A stretch of 64,000 bases of DNA, taken from Candidatus Poribacteria bacterium (GTDB lineage Bacteria; Poribacteria; WGA-4E; PCPOR2b). Positions within the stretch are counted from its first letter, which is position 1. Every line of letters starts with the position of its first letter. Location: NCBI GenBank assembly GCA_965198175.1, contig OZ240245.1, positions 832,001 through 896,000 of the forward strand, given 5' to 3'. The notes beneath the pieces are model-generated. The model did not search any database. It was not told the origin of the DNA and saw only the letters and a program-made list of their open reading frames with translations. Positions 57,520 through 64,000 of this stretch are shown here, piece by piece. The position numbers were made by a program, and so were the translations under genes.

Positions 57520-57996
57520 GTTTGGATGGGCTTTCCCGTTTGAAGGGAATTGAAACCATTACCGCTGAACCTATCATCATCGAAAAAACAGTTTGGATGG
57601 GCTTTCCCGTTTGAAGGGAATTGAAACCCAGTCTCACCGTCAAGTTTATCAATGCTTACTTTGGTTTGGATGGGCTTTCCCGTTTGAAGGGAATTGAAAC
57701 TCAAAGTCAAAACTTTCATTTTACTCTCCTAAAGGTTTGGATGGGCTTTCCCGTTTGAAGGGAATTGAAACAATATTCAAGAGCACCTGTCAGCCCCATC
57801 TTCCGAAGCTGTTTGGATGGGCTTTCCCGTTTGAAGGGAATTGAAACCGTTTGGGCATCCCAAGTACTGTTGACGAGTCTATGTGTTTGGATGGACTTTC
57901 CCGCTTGAAGGGAATTGAAACGCAAGAGTAATTCCTGCGTACACGAGGCCAATCCATTTGTTTGGATGGACTTTCCCGCTTGAAGGGATCAACTGA
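57520..57996 (+). CRISPR. CRISPR array, 7 repeats (37 bp) and 6 spacers (34, 36, 34, 39, 37, 38 bp)
   Basis: GTTTGGATGGGCTTTCCCGTTTGAAGGGAATTGAAAC at 57520, 57591, 57664, 57735, 57811; 2-substitution variant at 57885; degenerate terminal repeat at 57960. The ATTGAAAC 3' end and distal degeneration indicate + orientation. Confidence 0.97.
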
Positions 57997-58650
57997 GCGG
58001 ATAGCGAAGGCGATAGAGATTCCAGCGTGATAGACTGATCTCCAATCATCCCGTTTGTAGGGTGGGCACGGCACGCCAGCCATTCAGGACGACAAAGTGC
58101 ACCGATTAACACAGAACTTGGGAAGTAAGAAGGTTGGAAGTGAAGACCGAGTTATAGGAGAGGCAAAATTCCATTTTTCGCAATCGTCCACTAGCCCCTG
58201 CATTTCCGCTTGAAGGGATCAACTGAGCGGATAGCGAAGGGGATAGAGTTTCCAGGGCGATAGGCAAATCTCCAATCATCGCGTTTGTAGGGTGCGCAGC
58301 AGATTCGGTAGGCAGGAGGGTAGGTTGAGTTGAACGGTTAAAATTGTATCCCCATCAACGACAACAGAGGTTCTGCCCTTGGACAAAACGCCCTTACTCA
58401 ATAGATTCGAGTGAAACCGAACTCAGTCAGGCATTCTCAGCGTTTCTGTGCTACGAGCAGAGATATTCTCCGCTGGCTCGTATATTAAGAATGGTGCAAC
58501 AGAAACCGAGTTTTCCGAAATAACTGTATTAGTCTAAGAGATGGTTTACACATTGTGCTGTTACGGCGGATTCACAGGTTCTATCAATGCGGGCTTGGAA
58601 ATACAAGCTGAGGGGTATGGAGTCGCGATTTCTTTAGGCTAACCAGTTAC

Positions 58651-58683
58651 AGAAACCGAGTTTTTCCGAAAAAACTCGGTTTC
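58651..58683. repeat. AGAAACCGAGTT-type palindromic repeat, possibly acting as a terminator
   Basis: GAAACCGAGTTTTT-CCG-AAAAAACTCGGTTTC; half copies near 9842, 36420, 38760, 42160, 47921 and 58501. Confidence 0.6.
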
Positions 58684-58785
58684 AAGGAAATGGATGCAGA
58701 TAGACGGGGACGCTCTCCGGTGGGAGTTGGAACAGTTGTTGCTAATAGCGGAATTCATTGTGCGTAGGGAATGCAAAATTCACCG

Positions 58786-60168
58786 CTAAGGTAGTTGGCA
58801 CTTAGCGATAATTTTTAGCAACAACCGTTTGTGGGCATGCCGTTTTTGGAAGTCCGCAAGATAGGTAGACCACTGATTCTGTCGGTCAAGGTGTTGATAG
58901 AGTTCCCTTAACTGAGTCAGGTATTCCCCAACTTTCTCGTAATCCTCGCGCTTTCGGGAAAGAGCCGTGTCCTCAATAAGTCTTTGATAGAGTGTGATGA
59001 CGGCATCGGTGTCGTAGGTTTTGAGAAGACTGAGCAGTTTCTCGGTGAATTGAGGCACACGCTTGACAATCGGATCTTGTAAAAGCCGCCAGTATTCGTC
59101 AGCGGAAAGTAGAAATGTTTTAAGTGCCTTCCACGCTGCATCGTCTCGTTGGAGCGCGAAGAGCGTGTGTATCAGTCGATATCCCTCGCCTTCGGATCGG
59201 GCGAGCCGGAGGTAATTTTCAATTTGCCCAGATTGAAAATACAACGCAAGCAGGAGCCGAACATGCGCCTGTCGATCTGGGCTTTCATCAAGTTGATGTT
59301 CAATCGCTACTTGTAGTCCCTCTGGTTCTTCCATCAAGCAGAGTTCTTCTAGGAAAGACACCAGCAGTGATGTGAAGGCATGCTCCGCCTCAAAACTGAG
59401 CCGCAACAGCATCTGGCAGTGTTCAAGGATTGCAACTGGCTCTGGCGCGTTTACGACGATTTGCGTGAACGCCTTTGTGCATTTATTGACGAATCGGGGC
59501 AATTCGCTTTTCTGGAGCGTGTCGGAATAGCGCGCGATAGATTGGTGTATCAGCGCGTGAAAAATTGACAGTGCGAATTCCGTTTCGCCTAGCTGCGCAA
59601 GTGACTCCGCATGCCGTCTCAAATCTTCAAGTTGGCTTAACACATCATGAAGTTGGTGTTGTTCGAGAAAGCCACCTCCAAAGACGCCGTCAATCTGTTC
59701 CCGATAAACCGTGACGAGCGGAAGCGGTCCGGAGCACGGCGGAGTGACGGGAATATCTGAGTATGTCTGAGCAATGGGAACCAGCTCCGGTGCTCGCTTA
59801 AGTAGTTCTGAAATGACTTGTAGCAGGCTTGACTTCGGTTTTGCCTCAAGCGTGGTGAGTAAGGCGTCGAGTGAGTAAATCGCGTCCGGCTCTTCAACGT
59901 AGGTCAACAGGAGTGCGACAATATGTTTACAATCTCCCTCCCAGTCGTATGGGCATGAACAGTCGGTGGCGGCAATCCCTGTCGGCATCAATTCTACAGT
60001 GACGCGATACGGGTCTATGTCTGTACCCTCACATATCGCTGACAGGGTGTAGCCGTGAAGGGTCGGATTGCCAATTGTCCCGGCGTGAAAGTATTCTAAG
60101 CCGCGCATGTAGCTCTGCTCTGTGCAGCGTTCCTGAATCCGATCTGGTGTGAGTTGGGGAGGTTGCAT
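58786..60168 (-). CDS. SWIM zinc-finger domain protein
   Basis: RGLEYF, YRVTV, CSCP-x5-CKH (CxC..CxH), followed by helical repeat-like region. Confidence 0.85.
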   Translation of the reverse strand: MQPPQLTPDRIQERCTEQSYMRGLEYFHAGTIGNPTLHGYTLSAICEGTDIDPYRVTVELMPTGIAATDCSCPYDWEGDCKHIVALLLTYVEEPDAIYSLDALLTTLEAKPKSSLLQVISELLKRAPELVPIAQTYSDIPVTPPCSGPLPLVTVYREQIDGVFGGGFLEQHQLHDVLSQLEDLRRHAESLAQLGETEFALSIFHALIHQSIARYSDTLQKSELPRFVNKCTKAFTQIVVNAPEPVAILEHCQMLLRLSFEAEHAFTSLLVSFLEELCLMEEPEGLQVAIEHQLDESPDRQAHVRLLLALYFQSGQIENYLRLARSEGEGYRLIHTLFALQRDDAAWKALKTFLLSADEYWRLLQDPIVKRVPQFTEKLLSLLKTYDTDAVITLYQRLIEDTALSRKREDYEKVGEYLTQLRELYQHLDRQNQWSTYLADFQKRHAHKRLLLKIIAKCQLP

Positions 60169-60324
60169 GGCTATTCCTAGTAGATTTTGGTGCTAGAAAG
60201 CTACACACATGTCGCCCCGCTGGGGCTAAATGAACATATCGACAAATGGTTTTCACGTTTCACGTTATCAACGGTACTTTGTAGGTCGGGCAAGATGCCC
60301 AACCTACGGGTATAAGGGTGGGTA

Positions 60325-60600
60325 TCAAACGACAATTATCTTGGGGTCCGGCGTTACATCCCCGATCGCAGGCACTTCGATACGCTCGGCGCAAGCACCG
60401 CAGAGCCTATAGTACCGAACCGAATCTTCAGAGGGGTTGATGACGCGTGCAACGGCGCGTTTCAACTCCCCGTACTGTGCCCGGCTCAGATGTGCCTCAA
60501 ACACACTGTACTGGACGCGGGTGCCGAACCCTTTGAGCGCTTTCGCCAGTTGAACCCGTCTCCGGTCGTCTGGGATATCGTAAGAGATTACATAGAACAA
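60325..60600 (-). CDS. cas2: CRISPR-associated endoribonuclease Cas2
   Basis: YVISYDIPDDRRR, GTRVQYSVFE, EDSVRYYRLC; TTG start after GGAGG. Confidence 0.95.
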   Translation of the reverse strand: MFYVISYDIPDDRRRVQLAKALKGFGTRVQYSVFEAHLSRAQYGELKRAVARVINPSEDSVRYYRLCGACAERIEVPAIGDVTPDPKIIVV

Positions 60601-60863
60601 CGAATTTACCTCCAGCCGTAGGTCGGGCGTCTCGCCCGACTTGCGTTTTCGGGGCAGGCACAAGGCCCCGATAAAGCGGGATTAAGAAACCCGCCCATAC
60701 ATTGGATTGATTCCTATAGGGGCAACCCTTGTGGTTGCCCTTCGGTTAATATATTGGAGTTTTCTGATAAAGTGCTCTTTTGCAAGGCACAGGGACCGCG
60801 CACTACAGATCGTGCTATATTGCTGTGTTGAAGCAAATTACAACCCAAGACGTGGAATCAGTT

Positions 60864-61064
60864 ATGCCTGAATTAATCACTTCCCCACCATTTTTGATAG
60901 CTGTCGCCATATTCGCCATATTTCTCGTAATTGCCATTATCAAGCACGCGTTCCGTTTCTTAATCTGGATCTTCGTCATTTTTGTGATTCTCATCGGTCT
61001 CGGTATTATGAGACAATCTGACGTGCTCCAGTGGTTTGAGAATCTCCGCAATATGGTAGAGTGA
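60864..61064 (+). CDS. Small two-TM membrane protein
   Basis: 66 aa, two hydrophobic segments separated by KHAFR. Confidence 0.6.
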   Translation: MPELITSPPFLIAVAIFAIFLVIAIIKHAFRFLIWIFVIFVILIGLGIMRQSDVLQWFENLRNMVE

Positions 61065-61161
61065 CGGGAATCGCGCCAGAGATAACTCCTATAGTAAAGC
61101 CCACAATTTTCTATACATTGGCGAGGTTAGGAACCTCGCCAGCGGTTGGGTGGGGCGCGGT

Positions 61162-62247
61162 TCAATTTTGCGTAAGTCCTGAAGAGTTTAGACGGTACTG
61201 TCCATGTCCAAACGCCGTGTGGTGCCCGATGTGCAAATACTCGCCGAGATAGATAAAGGGTAGGAACGGCTCTAACGCACCTATAAAGCGAACGTTGCCG
61301 ACGAACCCGCCCATGGGGATGGATTTCTCCGTGCGGCGCGACCAACGGTCTTGTCTAAACCATTGAAGGCGGGATTCATGCTTGACGGAACGGGAAGACT
61401 CAATCAACCCAGGCGCATCCACGTCAAGGTCTTCGCCGCAGTGGAAATAACTCAGGAAACGGATCCGACGGAGCAGATTGCGGATGAGGTGTTCAAACGT
61501 TAGTTCGCTCGTCCACTTTCCGTTGACCTTGATGCTCGTAGGTGTGAGAAATTCCAGTTCAATCTCATCAGTAACGTGAGGCGCGCCGTGCATCACATCG
61601 TCAAGCCGAAGAATCAGCCCTTCATCCGTCAGCATCTCGGTCTCCGCCGTGTAAATTGTCCGGCTACGTTTGTAGTAGGGAGACTCATCACCCGTCCTCA
61701 GATGGCTGTCCCGCACAGGAAGATTTTCGACAGGTTTCGTAGGAGCAATCTCCTGGTCGCGACTCTCAGGGCTCATAAGACTGTCCCGTGCGGGGAGGCT
61801 CTCCACCTTGTCGAGTTGACACCGTCCGCGTTCCCCCCGGAGACCGATACGCCGTTTCCCTATCTCATTGAAGGTGTATACCAGCCACGGCAATAGGCTA
61901 ATTGCTTCTCCAATGAGAACCAGATTGCAGGCAAAGGTATCGCCCGGCGCATATCTCAGTTGCCATGTGTGTGGCGGTTCGAGGACGAAGGGGTGCGGTG
62001 CATACGGTTGCCCTCGGAGGATAGGAGCATCAGCTGGCACTGGCGTTTCAAAGCATTTGGAATATATACATCGTTCTGGGAATTGACACCGTGTGTCGCA
62101 TTCTTGTGTAGTGCTGACGCATGTGATGTGTCGCAGGATATAGCCGAATCTGGCGCGGAAGACGTTGCCCTTGTATCGGGGCATCTTCAGCGGTTCACCG
62201 ACGGTGTAGGTGAAACGATAGCGGGCGAAGCGGAAGTTTTGGAGCAT
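61162..62247 (-). CDS. cas6: CRISPR pre-crRNA processing endoribonuclease Cas6
   Basis: C..C.Y..CFE, PHPFVL, LEFLTP, GGFVG, Gly-rich GEYLHIGHHTAFGHGQY. Confidence 0.92.
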   Translation of the reverse strand: MLQNFRFARYRFTYTVGEPLKMPRYKGNVFRARFGYILRHITCVSTTQECDTRCQFPERCIYSKCFETPVPADAPILRGQPYAPHPFVLEPPHTWQLRYAPGDTFACNLVLIGEAISLLPWLVYTFNEIGKRRIGLRGERGRCQLDKVESLPARDSLMSPESRDQEIAPTKPVENLPVRDSHLRTGDESPYYKRSRTIYTAETEMLTDEGLILRLDDVMHGAPHVTDEIELEFLTPTSIKVNGKWTSELTFEHLIRNLLRRIRFLSYFHCGEDLDVDAPGLIESSRSVKHESRLQWFRQDRWSRRTEKSIPMGGFVGNVRFIGALEPFLPFIYLGEYLHIGHHTAFGHGQYRLNSSGLTQN

Positions 62248-62290
62248 GGTCCTTATCCAACATAATCAGAAGTTCATCTCCCAATCACAA

Positions 62291-62797
62291 TCAATTATGA
62301 TGTGTCAAGTGTTCTATGTGATTCTGGTTGAGATGGCTGATTTCCTCACGGACGAAAATAATCTGTTGGTTCACCTCCATGATTCGCTTATCCATCCGCT
62401 CTTCCAGCCTTTCAAGTGCATGATGAAAACCCGTCGATTGTTGTTCCATCCGCTCGTCTAGCCTTTCGAACGCATGATGAAATTCGGTGGCTTGCTTATC
62501 CATCCGCTCTTCCAGCCTTTCAAGTGCATGATGAAAACCCGTCGATTGTTGTTCCATCCGCTCGTCTAGCCTTTCGAGCGCATGATGAAATTCGGTGGCT
62601 TGCTGGTTCATCCGCTCTGTTAATTGCTTTTGTGTCGCTGCTAATTGCCTTTGTGTGGCATTCAGTCGGCTTATAATCGCGATGAGTTGTCCACAAAACG
62701 CGAGCAGCGTAATGGTAACCAGTATTATGTGTGATGGTGACCATGCTGAAAAGTCTATGTCAACCACTCCCTTTTTTCTACGATTTATGGGGCTCAA
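62291..62797 (-). CDS. Membrane-anchored coiled-coil protein with 18-aa His-containing tandem repeats
   Basis: N-terminal hydrophobic helix, then four M.QQ.T.FHHA.ERL.ER repeats (54 bp; alternate units nearly identical). Start uncertain. Confidence 0.7.
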   Translation of the reverse strand: MSPINRRKKGVVDIDFSAWSPSHIILVTITLLAFCGQLIAIISRLNATQRQLAATQKQLTERMNQQATEFHHALERLDERMEQQSTGFHHALERLEERMDKQATEFHHAFERLDERMEQQSTGFHHALERLEERMDKRIMEVNQQIIFVREEISHLNQNHIEHLTHHN

Positions 62798-62951
62798 ATA
62801 TCATTGCTGCTTTGCTTTCGAAACAGGTGATGCCTCGCAGGACATATCCCAGTCGACCACGGAAGACGTTGCCCTTGTATCGGGGCATCTTCAGAGGCTC
62901 TTGGACGGTGTAGGTGAATCGGTAGCGGGCGAATCGGAAGTTTTGGAGCAT
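62778..62951 (-). pseudogene. cas6: Truncated duplicate of the cas6 5' end
   Basis: MLQNFRFARYRFTYTVQEPLKMPRYKGNVFRGRLGYVLRGITC matches the first 43 aa of the intact cas6, then diverges and stops at 57 aa. Confidence 0.85.
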
Positions 62952-62978
62952 GATGGAGTCTGAAATCTATAAACCGAA

Positions 62979-64000
62979 TCAACCTAATCTACGCGATGCG
63001 TTTTTCTGGACAAATTTCTCAAATTCACAGAATAGGTTTTGAATTGCTTCAATTGCGTCAGCAGATTCTTGGGGATCGTGCCGCATGCCGCAATGTGCAA
63101 GGTCTCTTCGAATACCATTACATTGATTCCAAAGATCAATAGCGGGCTGATCTGGAGCAAGTTGGGCAAGACCTGTTGCTAATGGATTACCCGCTCGATT
63201 TGCGCGTTCATTAAGATTATTTTCAACGTTCTTCCTACGGTCCATATTCAACCAACGATTTTGATTTGTTTCGATGCATTTCCATGAAATTAACCACTCT
63301 CGCATCAAGGTTATGGCTTGTAGATAATGTCGATTTTCAACATACCACTTGATTTGCTGATATTGTGCCTTAAGACTCTGTTTTGGCTTTCCAGTTGGAT
63401 CGTAAACTGCCATTTGCTGATAACTTTTCTTTAACTGGTCTATTAACATTTGAAAGGGTGGAGCTTGTTCCGACTCAAATTTTAAACCATTAAATACACG
63501 CGCTGCATCCTGTGCTTCAAGAGTGCGATTTGTGAGAAGGGCATTTGACAAACTGGTCAGTGCACCATCGATTTTTCGGTCAACATTCAAAGATGCAATA
63601 GGGCGTGCATCCCCCGTTTGTTGGAACATTGTCACAGCACCAAGCCAATCAAGCAAACTGACGAATGGGGTAAGATCAAAGACAGGTTTCCTTGGATTAT
63701 TTCGTTCTACTGCATCAAAAGCCCCGTAGATGACTCGTTCAATTTCCACGCCACTTCTAACATTGCGGACGTAGGCAAGTGCAAGAAATGTCAAAAACGG
63801 AAGTGATCGAAAACCGTGGGTAATATCGAATAAGACGCTATCATTATCATGGATGTTACTAACAACGCTATCGAAAATATCCCATAGTTCATTTTCATTT
63901 GCACCTTCTTTGATCAGGATGTGAACAACTTCAGTTTTGTCACCAAGCAATTTCGTAAGGAAACCTAATCTCTCACATTTATTCTCATCTGAAACAGGTT
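62979..64000 (-). CDS. csx1: Csx1/TM1812-family CARF-HEPN ribonuclease (DxTHG), 5' partial
   Basis: FDITHGFRSLP, IYGA, FDLT, HEPN motif RRDLAH; frame open to the window edge. Confidence 0.9.
   Translation of the reverse strand, partial: PVSDENKCERLGFLTKLLGDKTEVVHILIKEGANENELWDIFDSVVSNIHDNDSVLFDITHGFRSLPFLTFLALAYVRNVRSGVEIERVIYGAFDAVERNNPRKPVFDLTPFVSLLDWLGAVTMFQQTGDARPIASLNVDRKIDGALTSLSNALLTNRTLEAQDAARVFNGLKFESEQAPPFQMLIDQLKKSYQQMAVYDPTGKPKQSLKAQYQQIKWYVENRHYLQAITLMREWLISWKCIETNQNRWLNMDRRKNVENNLNERANRAGNPLATGLAQLAPDQPAIDLWNQCNGIRRDLAHCGMRHDPQESADAIEAIQNLFCEFEKFVQKNASRRLG

Noticed and set aside
57200..58112. ORFs across the CRISPR leader and array
   Set aside because: Translations of repeats (SIPFKRESPSK, FNSLQTGKPIQT), not genes.
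62794..62982. 62-aa ORF between csx1 and the coiled-coil gene
   Set aside because: The meaningful frame is the cas6 5' duplicate at 62778-62951.
1..64000. tRNA, rRNA, integrase, transposase or prophage genes
   Set aside because: None recognised by eye; a tRNAscan or Infernal run would be needed to exclude small RNAs.

Overview
Bacterial chromosomal window of roughly balanced GC content. Secreted WD40, LamG and TolB-like proteins with FlgD/T9SS-like tails, PhyH and amidohydrolase catabolic genes and dense GTAG-type palindromic repeats suggest Candidatus Poribacteria; this is inferred from gene content only. Left part: arylsulfotransferase, alpha-2-macroglobulin with pbpC, a WD40 protein, a six-gene catabolic operon and a GldAFG-like ABC system with DUF4340. 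Next come yebC-ruvCAB-queA-yajC and a Rieske/cytochrome b pair preceded by an FMN-binding plus b562-like protein instead of cytochrome c1. The middle (33-53 kb) is an accessory island with five paralogous secreted WD40-FlgD_Ig genes. Their 126-bp blades show recent duplication and probable exchange between paralogs. The island also has TolB-like genes, two TonB-dependent receptors, three sigma-54 promoters, MITEs and a duplicated structured non-coding element. The right end is a rearranged, probably type III CRISPR-Cas locus: 5'-truncated cas1, a 7-repeat array, a SWIM protein, cas2, cas6 with an in-frame REP-derived insertion, a membrane coiled-coil gene, a cas6 5' remnant and a partial csx1. 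Best candidates for new biology are the diversifying WD40 array and a shared V-x-P-x-G-K/R-x-x-T-W/L-G-x-I-K C-terminal motif. All calls come from motif reading by eye; no database searches were run.
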